This document shows, piece after piece, positions 9,840 through 19,111 of a DNA stretch of 64,000 bases. Numbering within the stretch: the stretch's first letter is position 1; every line of letters starts with the position of its first letter. The DNA is from an uncultured Clostridia bacterium (GTDB taxonomy: Bacteria; Bacillota; Clostridia; Oscillospirales; CAG-272), in contig CALWJV010000016.1 in NCBI GenBank assembly GCA_944381115.1, forward strand, positions 67,307-131,306, given 5' to 3'. The position numbers and the translations under genes are program-made. Below the pieces are notes generated by a model that saw only the letters and a list, made by a program, of their open reading frames with translations, did not search any database and was not told the DNA's origin.

Positions 9840-10793
9840 ATGAAAAAAAATCAGCGTAAGGAAAATCCTTTTCCGTTTTCAGATACAAACAAAAGATATT
9901 ATACAATGGATTACTTTCTGCGCCAAAAATTCGGGAAAAAAGCATGTAAAATACCGATCGATGCCGGGTTCACATGCCCAAACCGCGACGGTACCAAAGG
10001 ATTCGGAGGATGTACCTTTTGCAGCGAGAAGGGCAGCGGTGAGTTTACTTTGGGGAACGGACACAGTATAACAGAACAAATAGACGCCGGCGCAAAAATG
10101 ATGCATCAAAAATGGGAAGACGCAATCTTAATACCTTATTTTCAAAGTTTTACAAACACATATGCACCCGTTACCGTTCTCAGAGAAAAATATACAGAAG
10201 CGCTATCAAATCCTTTATGCAATGGTATCTGCATAGCAACGAGACCGGACTGCATAACAAATGAAATTTCAGTCCTTCTTCACAAAATTGCCGAAGAACA
10301 ATTTTTAATGCTTGAACTTGGTCTGCAAACAATTCACGATAAAACGGCTGACGTACTTAACAGAAGATATGGGTATGCTGATTTTCTAAAAACATACGAT
10401 ATGGTAAAAGATCTGTTTATCTGCGTACATCTCATAAACGGACTGCCAGGAGAAGATCATAAAATGATGTTGGACAGCGCAAAAGCACTTGCAGAATTAA
10501 AACCTTCCGCCATAAAGTTCCACGCTCTTTATATAGTTGAAGGTACACAAATGTCAAAAAGTTATCTGCGCGGAGAATTTGATACGATTACAAAAGAAGA
10601 ATACGTAAATACGGTCTGCGATCAACTTGAGGTTTTACCGCCTCAGACAGTAATAGAACGTGTGACCGGTGACGGAGCCTGCAACACCTTGATAGCACCT
10701 GAATGGAGCAGAAAAAAACTTACAGTTCAAAACGAAATAGACAAAGAACTTTACCGACGTCAAAGTTATCAAGGCATTAAATTCAGCCTTTAA
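9840..10793 (+). CDS. radical SAM protein, TIGR01212-like family
   Basis: Cys cluster CPNRDGTKGFGGCTFC typical of the TIGR01212 radical SAM family. Start moved to the ATG at 9840 (MKKNQRKENPF...), because the upstream ORF-track extension covers a terminator hairpin. Confidence 0.8.
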   Translation: MKKNQRKENPFPFSDTNKRYYTMDYFLRQKFGKKACKIPIDAGFTCPNRDGTKGFGGCTFCSEKGSGEFTLGNGHSITEQIDAGAKMMHQKWEDAILIPYFQSFTNTYAPVTVLREKYTEALSNPLCNGICIATRPDCITNEISVLLHKIAEEQFLMLELGLQTIHDKTADVLNRRYGYADFLKTYDMVKDLFICVHLINGLPGEDHKMMLDSAKALAELKPSAIKFHALYIVEGTQMSKSYLRGEFDTITKEEYVNTVCDQLEVLPPQTVIERVTGDGACNTLIAPEWSRKKLTVQNEIDKELYRRQSYQGIKFSL

Positions 10794-10797
10794 AATC

Positions 10798-10821
10798 AAA
10801 AAGGAGCGAATGCTCCTTTTT
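10798..10821. terminator. bidirectional rho-independent terminator
   Basis: aaaaaggagc-gaat-gctccttttt between convergent genes. A-tract on one side, T-tract on the other. Confidence 0.75.
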
Positions 10822-10874
10822 GATGTATTGAATGCCGGAATTTTTAAAAACAAACCATTTCGAAAAAACTTTAT

Positions 10875-11879
10875 TCAGATTTTCGGAAGGTAAGTTATAG
10901 GATTGACGGTTTTGCCGTTCTTTCTGATTTCAAAATGTAAGTGGGGTCCGGTAACATTCCCCGTAGTACCGCTTTTCGCTATATACTGTCCTTTATAAAC
11001 CCGGCTACCGGTCTTAACATCTATTTTACTCAAATGTGCATAGTAAGTCAGGTCGCCGTTGTCGTGCTGTATTTTGATAAGATATCCGTAACTGCCACTG
11101 TAACCTGCAAAAATAATTTTTCCTCCATCTGCGGCATATATAAATGTTCCGCTCGCTGCACGAAGATCAACCCCGATATGAAATTCATATTTACCGAAAA
11201 TATAACGTTCTCCATAATGAGAAGTCACATAAACGCTTTTAAGCGGCCACGCATATTTTCCCGTTGAAGCAGTGGATTTTTTTGTACCGACAAGTACCAC
11301 CTTGTTTTCTGCAGCCTTTATTTCAGTATCAGAAATAACCGTGCGAACAGTTTCAACGCCGTCAATATAAATCACTTCATATACAAGTAAGCGTTCTCCG
11401 TTTTTTCCCTCGTTTTTAACTACGCTTGTCCCTTCATAATAATCTGAGGAGTTTTGATATATGGTTTTAAACTCTACGGTTTTTGACTCTGTTTCACTTA
11501 CAGTAACGGAAAAGGAAAAGGTCTTTCCGTCTGAAAGAAAAATATTTTTTATTTCTTCGCCGCGTTTTAATTCATTTTTATAGCATTCTTTTTCAGTAAT
11601 CTCAAATTTATTGTTAAGAGTTACACCATTGATGTTTTGGTATATTTTATTTATTTCCTCGGTCTTATCTTTAATAAGTGATGTTTTAAATTTTTCAAGT
11701 TCCTCTGCGCTTTCTATGTATGCTATCTTCTCTCCATCTATTGTAAGCAGATATGCATTTACTTTTTCAGTCTGTGTTTCCGAACTTCCGGGTGAATTTG
11801 AAGAATGTCCTCCCGCGCAAGAATTAAGCATAAGTGTTCCGGAAACAAGACAAACCAATATTGCCTGTTTTTTATTCAT
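10875..11879 (-). CDS. M23 family metallopeptidase lipoprotein with G5-like domain
   Basis: Signal peptide with lipobox (LMLNSCAGG). Central G5-like segment (KNEGKNGERLLVYEVIYIDGVETVRTV). LytM/M23 motifs HIGVDL and GPHLHFEI. Start placed at MNKKQ (11879); the ORF-track start at 11909 is also possible. Confidence 0.85.
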   Translation of the reverse strand: MNKKQAILVCLVSGTLMLNSCAGGHSSNSPGSSETQTEKVNAYLLTIDGEKIAYIESAEELEKFKTSLIKDKTEEINKIYQNINGVTLNNKFEITEKECYKNELKRGEEIKNIFLSDGKTFSFSVTVSETESKTVEFKTIYQNSSDYYEGTSVVKNEGKNGERLLVYEVIYIDGVETVRTVISDTEIKAAENKVVLVGTKKSTASTGKYAWPLKSVYVTSHYGERYIFGKYEFHIGVDLRAASGTFIYAADGGKIIFAGYSGSYGYLIKIQHDNGDLTYYAHLSKIDVKTGSRVYKGQYIAKSGTTGNVTGPHLHFEIRKNGKTVNPITYLPKI

Positions 11880-12123
11880 ATGTAATGATCCTTTCTCTAA
11901 TTTTCTCAAAACCGGGTATATCCCGACGAAATAAATCCGTTATATAATGATATATTTATTTTGCAAATAATCCAGCGTTGGATTCGTTAAAAATTGAATT
12001 CAACGAGTTACTCCGGGGGCTGTATATATTTTACCAGAAAAAATTCTTATATTCAATAGGGAATTACCTACTGTATTCATTTCCCGTAAAATAAAGGAGC
12101 GTTTTCTGTTTTTTCCCTGGGTC

Positions 12124-12152
12124 TTGACTTTTCGGAAATTTAGTGATAATAT
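12124..12152 (+). promoter_or_regulatory. sigma-A type promoter (TTGACT, 17-nt spacer, TGaTAATAT)
   Basis: TTGACT at 12124-12129, 17-nt spacer, TAATAT at 12147-12152 preceded by TGa. Confidence 0.5.
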
Positions 12153-12230
12153 TTATTAAGGTCAACTAAAAAGGAGGTATCCGCAATAAAAACCAAGGAA
12201 AAAACGCTCGGAAATATTCTGATCCTTCAG

Positions 12231-13067
12231 ATGCTACTTTACCTTATAAAAGAACTTGTGATCTTTTTAATTGCGCTTGCCGAACAAAACACAGTATTTA
12301 TAAAAATGATCTCCATTTTGCTTGCTACGGCATCCTTTATTCTCCCTATTGTTTTATACGGAAAATCAGAAGGATATGTACCTTTTTTACATTCGATAAA
12401 CGCACCTGCATGCCATGAAATTGGTAAAAAAAGAAGTAAAACCGTATTTTTGTTTATATTTGCTTTTTCGCTTTTGATAAGCGTATTAAATGGCGTTGGA
12501 TTTCTTACCGATTTTGTTTTTTCTCTTTTTGGCAAGAGTTTTGAAAACACTCTTTCACTATCACCATTTGATGTTGCATATACGATTATCCGATCTGTAA
12601 TTTTTGCGGCATTTTTAGAAGAAATGCTATTTCGGGGTGTAGTACTTCACGCGTTTTCAAAAAGACCTGCAGTTGCAAAAATTCTTTTTTCAGGTCTGCT
12701 TTTTGCATCATCACACTATAATTTATATCAATTTTTTTATGCATTTGCAGCAGGTACCGTAATTGCATTATTTGCTGTTGTCACAAACTCGCTTTTATTT
12801 TCCGTTCTTTTACATCTAGGTTCAAATTTTATGACTTTCATCTTTTCAATACTGAAAATTTTTTTATCCTCCGAAAAATACACTGCTGTTTCTTTATTTG
12901 TTTTCTCAGCGACCGCAACAGTAAGCATAGTTTGTACCATAATTTATATATTTAAATTTTATAAAATCAATGATCCGTCCGTACCCTTGAAGAAATCTGA
13001 AATTCCAAAAGAAATATTTGTATATATTACCGCATCTTTGTTGCTTTCAATTATCAACATATTATAA
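12231..13067 (+). CDS. CPBP family intramembrane glutamic endopeptidase (CAAX protease-like)
   Basis: Polytopic protein with the family motifs EEMLFRG, SSHYN and LLHLGSNF. The true start may lie upstream at 12186 (see findings). Confidence 0.8.
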   Translation: MLLYLIKELVIFLIALAEQNTVFIKMISILLATASFILPIVLYGKSEGYVPFLHSINAPACHEIGKKRSKTVFLFIFAFSLLISVLNGVGFLTDFVFSLFGKSFENTLSLSPFDVAYTIIRSVIFAAFLEEMLFRGVVLHAFSKRPAVAKILFSGLLFASSHYNLYQFFYAFAAGTVIALFAVVTNSLLFSVLLHLGSNFMTFIFSILKIFLSSEKYTAVSLFVFSATATVSIVCTIIYIFKFYKINDPSVPLKKSEIPKEIFVYITASLLLSIINIL

Positions 13068-13110
13068 AACTGATTTTATTACTCCGATTTTAAATTATGG
13101 AAGGACTTTT

Positions 13111-13572
13111 ATGTTTACCGAAAAAGATAAGATATTTATGCAAAATGCCATTGAATTGGCCAAGGAAGCCGCAAATGAAGGTGAAGTTCCGGTCGGTGCT
13201 GTTATTGTACACAAAGGAAAGATCGTCGGTCAAGGCAGAAACAGACGTGAAAAAACAAAAAACGCTCTTGCTCATGCAGAACTTGAAGCTATTAACGAGG
13301 CGTGTAAAAACCTTGGCGGTTGGAGACTGCCGGAATGTTGTATTTACGTAACCCTTGAACCTTGTCCAATGTGTGCAGGCGGAATTATAAATTCAAGAAT
13401 AGAAAGAAGCGTTATTGCTGTTACCGACAGTAAATCCGGATGCCTTGGTTCTGTAATAAATTTTAACTCTTACCCTTTTAATCATAAAACGAAGGTTGAA
13501 TACGGTCTTTGCGAAAAAGAGGCCCGGGCTCTCATGTCGGATTTCTTTTCTAAATTACGAGATAAAAAATAA
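13111..13572 (+). CDS. tadA: tRNA adenosine(34) deaminase
   Basis: CDA zinc motifs HAELEAI and PCPMCAG. Start placed at the ATG at 13111 (MFTEKDK...); the longer ORF-track form overlaps the preceding gene. Confidence 0.9.
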   Translation: MFTEKDKIFMQNAIELAKEAANEGEVPVGAVIVHKGKIVGQGRNRREKTKNALAHAELEAINEACKNLGGWRLPECCIYVTLEPCPMCAGGIINSRIERSVIAVTDSKSGCLGSVINFNSYPFNHKTKVEYGLCEKEARALMSDFFSKLRDKK

Positions 13573-13621
13573 TTAAAAACGCCTTTAAAAATTAATATGG
13601 TTTTTACTTGGACTTAAAAAT

Positions 13622-13652
13622 AAAAAAACACCGAAAAATCGGTGTTTTTTTA
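13622..13652. terminator. bidirectional rho-independent terminator
   Basis: aaaaaaacaccga-aaaa-tcggtgttttttt between convergent tadA and rpmB. Confidence 0.8.
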
Positions 13653-13665
13653 TTTTCTGATTTAA

Positions 13666-13854
13666 TTAAACAATTCTTTCAACCTTACCGGAACGAAGGC
13701 AACGGGAACATACATATACAGTAGTATGCGTACCGTTTACAACTGCCTTGACCTTTCTTATGTTAGGCTTCCACATTTTGCTTGTCTTTCTGTTAGAGTG
13801 AGAAACGTTGTTGCCAAAAGACGGAGCTTTTTCACAAAATTCACACTTAGCCAT
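13666..13854 (-). CDS. rpmB: 50S ribosomal protein L28
   Basis: 62 aa, MAKCEFCEKAPSFGNNVSHSNRKT... with CxxC...CxxC (zinc-ribbon form). SD aggaggg upstream. Confidence 0.95.
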   Translation of the reverse strand: MAKCEFCEKAPSFGNNVSHSNRKTSKMWKPNIRKVKAVVNGTHTTVYVCSRCLRSGKVERIV

Positions 13855-13952
13855 CTATTTAACCCTCCTATAATAATCAAACCTCATCACGATGCAAATA
13901 AGCCGTCGGTTATTTAACCTTTCAAGGCTTGCACCAGGTATATGCAAATGTC

Positions 13953-13981
13953 ATTATACCACACTTTTTTCAAAAATGCAA
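13953..13981 (-). promoter_or_regulatory. sigma-A type promoter for rpmB (TTGCAT, 17-nt spacer, TGgTATAAT)
   Basis: Read on the minus strand: TTGCAT (13981-13976), 17-nt spacer, TATAAT (13958-13953) preceded by TGg. Confidence 0.55.
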
Positions 13982-14044
13982 TAGATATTTCAAAAAATTT
14001 TATTTTTTTTACATTTGTAAAATCACAAAAAACTTTACCGTCTA

Positions 14045-14073
14045 TTGACAAACCGATTATTTTAATATATAAT
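14045..14073 (+). promoter_or_regulatory. sigma-A type promoter for nusB (TTGACA, 17-nt spacer, TATAAT)
   Basis: Exact consensus hexamers at 14045-14050 and 14068-14073 with a 17-nt spacer. Confidence 0.6.
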
Positions 14074-14142
14074 ATAACTAACTATATATTTTTTATAAAC
14101 TTAATACTTAATATAAGTGGGAATTTTTGAAAGGAAATTAAA

Positions 14143-14691
14143 ATGACAAGACGAGAGGCAAGGATTGCCGCGTTTCAGTTAATATATGAGCGTAGCGTTC
14201 AAAAAAATAAACCGATATCTGAGATCATAAAAGACACATCGCAAAATCAGGATTTTATCCCAAATAAATATATTAAAACTGTACTGAAAGGAACCGAGGA
14301 AAAATTACCTGAAATAGATAGCCTTATAAACGAAAATTCAATAAAATGGCGTATTGAAAGAATGTCGACAGTCTCACTCTCAATATTAAGACTCGCCGTT
14401 TACGAAATGCTTTATCTTGATGAAGTACCTTTCAAGGTGGCAATAAACGAAGCAGTTGAACTTGCAAAAATTTATGATCACGACAAAGCACCGTCATTTA
14501 TAAACGGGATTCTTAACAAAATTGCCGTTTTAAAAGGACTCAAAACAGAAACCCCGGAACAAATATTCTATTCAACAGAAAACACTGAAATTAAAACCGG
14601 GTCAGAAAAAAAATATGAACTTAAAATTGAGTCATCAGATAATATTGGATTTGAAAAAAACAATGATGCCAATGAAAAATCAACGACATAG
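14143..14691 (+). CDS. nusB: transcription antitermination factor NusB (with C-terminal extension)
   Basis: N-terminal ~135 aa match NusB (MTRREARIAAFQLIYE..., FINGILNK). About 45 extra low-complexity residues at the C-terminus. Confidence 0.85.
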   Translation: MTRREARIAAFQLIYERSVQKNKPISEIIKDTSQNQDFIPNKYIKTVLKGTEEKLPEIDSLINENSIKWRIERMSTVSLSILRLAVYEMLYLDEVPFKVAINEAVELAKIYDHDKAPSFINGILNKIAVLKGLKTETPEQIFYSTENTEIKTGSEKKYELKIESSDNIGFEKNNDANEKSTT

Positions 14692-14789
14692 TTTTATCTG
14701 TTGACTCCGTTAAATACTATGAATTTTTGATTTATTTGATATTCAAATTTACTAAAAACCAATCCGGAAAAAAATCGGAGACACGGAAA

Positions 14790-15743
14790 ATGAAATATTT
14801 TCTCGGAATAGATACATCAAATTACAGAACTTCTGTAGCAATTTGTGACGAAAACGGAACACCAGTTAAATCTGTAAGAAGACTGTTGACAGTAAAAGAC
14901 GGAGATCGCGGTCTCAGACAGAGCGACGCACTTTTTGCCCATATAAAAGCACTGCCCGGTATAATGAAAGAGATCGGGAAGTTTCCCTTGTACGCGGTCG
15001 GGTATTCAAGAACACCCCGTGACTGCGAGGGCTCATATATGCCTTGTTTTTTAGCAGGTCAAGCAATTGCTTCTGCAATTGCAGAAATACTCGGAGTGCC
15101 TCTTTTTCCGTTTTCACACCAAGCAGGACACATAGAAGCAGCAATTTTTTCATGCAATAGTCACGAAAAAGTACCGAAGACGGAAAATACGGTACAAAAA
15201 TTTTCTGAAAACGGAACGTTTATTGCATTTCATTTAAGCGGAGGCACATCTGAAGCCCTTTTATACGATAACGGAAAGATAACTCTTCTCGGAAGTACGC
15301 TTGATTTAAATGCAGGACAGGTTATAGACCGTGTGGGGGTTATGCTCGGACTTAAATTTCCGGCAGGAGAGGAACTTGAAACGCTCGCAGGCGAACTTCC
15401 TTTTTCAAAAGGAATAAAAATATCAGTCAAAAAGTTTGACTGCAACTTTGCCGGTATAGAGAATATGACAAAAAAACTTTATACTGATACTCAGAACCGC
15501 GAACTTACTGCAGCTTTTGCCATTGATTCAGTATGTAAGACCGTTGATAAAATCACTGAAAATATAACAAGTGAATACCCGAAACTTCCCGTGCTTTATG
15601 CCGGTGGGGTAATGGCATGCAAAAGAATACAAAAGATACTCGGGAAAAAATACAATTGCGGATTTGCCGAACCGATGTATTCCGGGGATAATGCAGTAGG
15701 TACAGCACTTCTGTGCCGAAGAGAATTTTTAAATTCAAGATAA
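14790..15743 (+). CDS. Kae1/TsaD (glycoprotease, peptidase M22) family protein
   Basis: ASKHA-fold N-terminus MKYFLGIDTSNYRTSVAI and an H-x-x-GH motif (HQAGHIEAA). Start placed at the ATG at 14790 with SD ggag 9 nt upstream. Confidence 0.65.
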   Translation: MKYFLGIDTSNYRTSVAICDENGTPVKSVRRLLTVKDGDRGLRQSDALFAHIKALPGIMKEIGKFPLYAVGYSRTPRDCEGSYMPCFLAGQAIASAIAEILGVPLFPFSHQAGHIEAAIFSCNSHEKVPKTENTVQKFSENGTFIAFHLSGGTSEALLYDNGKITLLGSTLDLNAGQVIDRVGVMLGLKFPAGEELETLAGELPFSKGIKISVKKFDCNFAGIENMTKKLYTDTQNRELTAAFAIDSVCKTVDKITENITSEYPKLPVLYAGGVMACKRIQKILGKKYNCGFAEPMYSGDNAVGTALLCRREFLNSR

Positions 15744-15857
15744 CCATCAATACCGAATGTATTTCAAAAAAATTTATAAAACAATTTGAAGGAACGGCGG
15801 AAAATTCTGAAGAATTTAAAATTTCCGGTCTGTCATAAAAACATAAAGGGGAAAAAC

Positions 15858-17093
15858 ATGACGCAGTACTTTACGGAATACTTTAACGAAAACATTATAG
15901 GCGTCGCTGAACTTAACGGTTACGTTAAGGAAGTTATAGATTCTATACCGGTATTCAGTAATCTGCATGTTAAAGGCGAGATTTCAAATTTTAAAAATCA
16001 TATTCAAAGCGGACATTATTACTTTTCTTTAAAAGAAGAAAATTCAGCCATAAAAGCGGTTATGTTTTCAAGAGATGCCCGCAGAATGAAATTTATCCCG
16101 GAAAACGGAATGAAAGTTGTCGTTACCGGACGTCTTTCGGTTTACGAGCGTGACGGAAATTACCAACTTTATGTAACCGATATTGAACCGGACGGTAAAG
16201 GCGCACTTTATGAAGCATATGAAAAATTAAAGAAAAAACTTGAAGGAGAGGGCCTTTTTTCAGAAAAATATAAAAAACCTCTTCCGAAATTTCCGAAAAC
16301 AGTCGCTGTAATAACATCGTCAACCGGTGCGGCAATAAGAGACATAATCAATATAACAAACAGACGTTATCCGATTGCAAAGATACTTGTGTACCCTGCT
16401 TTGGTTCAGGGAGAAGGTGCGGTCCGTTCGCTTATAAACGGTGTCATGTTTTTAACCGAAAAGATACACCCTGATGTTGTAATAATCGGCAGAGGAGGCG
16501 GATCCATCGAAGATCTGTGGGCATTTAACAGTGAAGAACTTGCCCGTGCCATTGCTGCTTCCGACATACCGTTTATTTCGGCAGTAGGACATGAAACAGA
16601 CTTCACTATATGCGACTTTGTCTGTTCTGTACGTGCTCCAACGCCGTCAGGTGCGGCGGAACTTGCAGTCCCGGATATAAACGAAATAATATATAGGATA
16701 AACGGTCTTTCTGATGAAATAAAAAACACAGTTTTACGTAAGCTTGAATTTTTGAAAGAAAAGATATCCGTTATTGAAAAGAAGCGTGTCATTGCTTCTC
16801 CGTACGGCTTTATTGATGAGAGACATCGTGATATTGATATGATTGCAGATAAAATTTGCAATACAGGCAAACTAATATTAAGCAAGAAACGCGAAAAATT
16901 TCTTTCTCTTTCGGGGAAACTTAACGCATTGAGCCCGCTTGCAGTTTTAACCAGAGGATACTGTGCTGTTTATTCATCAGACGTATCAAAGGTGATTACA
17001 CGGGCAGGGTCCGTCAGTATTGGAGATGAATTAAAACTTCTGATGTCAGACGGCGAAATTTTTGCAAAAGTAACAAAAACAGAAATAAAATAA
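15858..17093 (+). CDS. xseA: exodeoxyribonuclease VII large subunit
   Basis: N-terminal OB fold (VKGEISNFKNHIQSGHYYFSLKE) and catalytic region (IGRGGGSIEDLWAFN). Followed by xseB. Start placed at the ATG at 15858 with SD aagggg. Confidence 0.9.
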   Translation: MTQYFTEYFNENIIGVAELNGYVKEVIDSIPVFSNLHVKGEISNFKNHIQSGHYYFSLKEENSAIKAVMFSRDARRMKFIPENGMKVVVTGRLSVYERDGNYQLYVTDIEPDGKGALYEAYEKLKKKLEGEGLFSEKYKKPLPKFPKTVAVITSSTGAAIRDIINITNRRYPIAKILVYPALVQGEGAVRSLINGVMFLTEKIHPDVVIIGRGGGSIEDLWAFNSEELARAIAASDIPFISAVGHETDFTICDFVCSVRAPTPSGAAELAVPDINEIIYRINGLSDEIKNTVLRKLEFLKEKISVIEKKRVIASPYGFIDERHRDIDMIADKICNTGKLILSKKREKFLSLSGKLNALSPLAVLTRGYCAVYSSDVSKVITRAGSVSIGDELKLLMSDGEIFAKVTKTEIK

Positions 17094-17156
17094 ATGTAGC
17101 ATAAAAAATACAGAAAACACTTCACTAATAAAAACAGAGGGAGATTTAAAACTGAT

Positions 17157-17390
17157 ATGTCAGATAAAGAAAATATATCATTTGAAAAGGCAATAGAAAG
17201 ACTTGAAGAACTTGTCTCGCTTCTTGAAAACGGAAACGCGCCTCTTGATAAATCTCTTGAAATATTCGAAGAAGGCATCGGGCTTATAAACACATGCAAA
17301 AAACAACTTGAAAACGCAGAGCAAAAAGTAAAACTTCTTGTGGAAAAACAGGACGGTAGTGTAGATGAACAGCCTTTTGACGAAAATTAA
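17157..17390 (+). CDS. xseB: exodeoxyribonuclease VII small subunit
   Basis: 77 aa, SFEKAIERLEELVSLLENGNAPLDKSLEIFEEG, typical of XseB. Directly downstream of xseA. Confidence 0.9.
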   Translation: MSDKENISFEKAIERLEELVSLLENGNAPLDKSLEIFEEGIGLINTCKKQLENAEQKVKLLVEKQDGSVDEQPFDEN

Positions 17391-18207
17391 AGAAAACGCT
17401 TCCGCTGTTGACGCAGAAATAAACATTATTTTATCAGACGCCGATGAAAGTTACCAAGTACTTTATGATTCAATGCTTTATTCAGCCAACGGTGGCGGCA
17501 AAAGAATTCGCCCATTTCTAACTATAGAATTCTGCAAAGCACTAGGAGGGAATGAAAAAGCCGCACTGACACTTGCGGCGGCAGTGGAATTTGTTCACAC
17601 TTATTCTCTTATACACGACGATCTGCCGTGTATGGACAATGATACAGAAAGACGCGGAAAACCGACAAATCACGTAGTTTTCGGAGAAGCAACGGCACTT
17701 CTTGCCGGGGACGCTCTTTTAACGCTCGCTTTTGAAACAATATGTAAAAACAATGCACTTTCAGACGAAAACAAGGTTAAAGCAATAAAACTTTTATCTG
17801 AAAAAGCAGGTGCAAAAGGTATGATAGGCGGTCAACAACTCGATCTCATAGGAGAAAAGTATAAACTTGACAGGAAAACACATTTGAAAATGAATTCTTT
17901 AAAAACCTGCTGTCTGATAAAAGCATCTGTACTTCTTGGATGTATTGCCGCAAACGCCGACAAAAACACTTCCAAAGCAGCAGAAGAGTATGCAGAAAAC
18001 CTCGGCCTTGCATTTCAAATAACTGATGATATTCTGGATGACGGTCGGGAAGAACAAAAAACTACATTTTTAAGTTTTATGTCAAAAAAAGAGGCAATGG
18101 ATTATGCATATGCGCTTACCGAAAAAGCAATTAAGGCAGTAAGCGGAATCAGAGACAACGGAACTTTGACATCTTTTGCTTACTATCTCGCTAAAAGAAA
18201 CGTATGA
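17365..18207 (+). CDS. ispA: polyprenyl (farnesyl/geranyl) diphosphate synthase
   Basis: First and second Asp-rich motifs DDLPCMDNDTERRG and DDILD. xseAB-ispA synteny. Confidence 0.9.
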   Translation: MNSLLTKIKENASAVDAEINIILSDADESYQVLYDSMLYSANGGGKRIRPFLTIEFCKALGGNEKAALTLAAAVEFVHTYSLIHDDLPCMDNDTERRGKPTNHVVFGEATALLAGDALLTLAFETICKNNALSDENKVKAIKLLSEKAGAKGMIGGQQLDLIGEKYKLDRKTHLKMNSLKTCCLIKASVLLGCIAANADKNTSKAAEEYAENLGLAFQITDDILDDGREEQKTTFLSFMSKKEAMDYAYALTEKAIKAVSGIRDNGTLTSFAYYLAKRNV

Positions 18208-18989
18208 GAGCAGATATATTTTTAGTAAAAACCGGACTGTGCGAAAGCCGTAACAAGGCAAAACAGTGCATAGATGAAGGACAACTTTACGTAAACGGTA
18301 AAAATTTTAAAAAGGCATCAGCAGAGGTAAACGATGAAGATACAGTTGAGATACGAGGAGAAAATATGCCGTTTGTCAGCCGCGGAGGGCTAAAACTACT
18401 TGGCGCAATAAAATCATTTGGACTTGATTTTAATGGTCTTACCTGCGTTGATATAGGCGCCTCGACCGGAGGTTTTACTGACTGCCTTTTACAAAACGGT
18501 GCAAAAAAAATATATGCAGTTGATTGCGGAGTCGGTCAACTGCACCAAAAGTTACTGAATAACGAAAAGGTTGTAAGTATAGAAAAATTCAATGCCAGAT
18601 ACCTTACCTATAAAACACTTGGCGAAATATGTGATGCGGCAGTAATGGATGTAAGTTTCATTTCACAAACGCTTTTATACAGTGCAGTAAAAAACACAGT
18701 AAAAAACGGAGGTATGCTCGTCTCTCTTATAAAACCGCAATTTGAGGCAGGCAGAGAAGCAATAAACCGTAATGGAATAGTCAAAGACAAAAAAGTATAT
18801 GTAGGCGTTATTAAAAAAATAATAAAAGCCGCCGAAGAAAACGGACTTGTGATTATAGGTCTTGCTGTATCCCCTATACTCGGCGGTAATGGAAACACAG
18901 AGTATCTTGCCTGCTTTAAAATCGGACACACGTCAAATTTGTTTAATACAGATGAGTTTTTGAAAAATATTTTAATATCCGAAAAATAA
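18204..18989 (+). CDS. tlyA: TlyA family rRNA 2'-O-methyltransferase
   Basis: N-terminal S4 domain (RADIFLVKTGLCESRNKAKQCI) followed by FtsJ-type SAM-binding region (CVDIGASTGGFTDCLL). Confidence 0.85.
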   Translation: MRADIFLVKTGLCESRNKAKQCIDEGQLYVNGKNFKKASAEVNDEDTVEIRGENMPFVSRGGLKLLGAIKSFGLDFNGLTCVDIGASTGGFTDCLLQNGAKKIYAVDCGVGQLHQKLLNNEKVVSIEKFNARYLTYKTLGEICDAAVMDVSFISQTLLYSAVKNTVKNGGMLVSLIKPQFEAGREAINRNGIVKDKKVYVGVIKKIIKAAEENGLVIIGLAVSPILGGNGNTEYLACFKIGHTSNLFNTDEFLKNILISEK

Positions 18990-19111
18990 TTTTCAGTAAT
19001 TCTTTGTTGTTTTACCGTTTAAGACGTGGGACATAGAATTAAATTTTTAAAATGACATGAATACTTTTTTTATAATTAGACGCAAAAATTAAAGAAAGGA
19101 TATCAAACTTT

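Noticed and set aside
13018-13110. N-terminal extension of tadA overlapping the end of the CPBP protease gene.
   Set aside because: The conserved deaminase sequence starts at the ATG at 13111. The extension has no SD and overlaps the preceding CDS by 50 nt.
16406-16885. Long antisense ORFs inside real genes: 159 aa in xseA; also 21191-21799 in recN, 26370-26831 in comEC, 47674-48084 and 48097-48543 in feoB, 56506-57225 in dnaE, and 43763-44251 in the ricT tail.
   Set aside because: These are shadow ORFs opposite strongly supported genes. They lack SD sequences, have Ser/Leu/Phe-rich compositions typical of antisense frames, and none has a recognisable motif.
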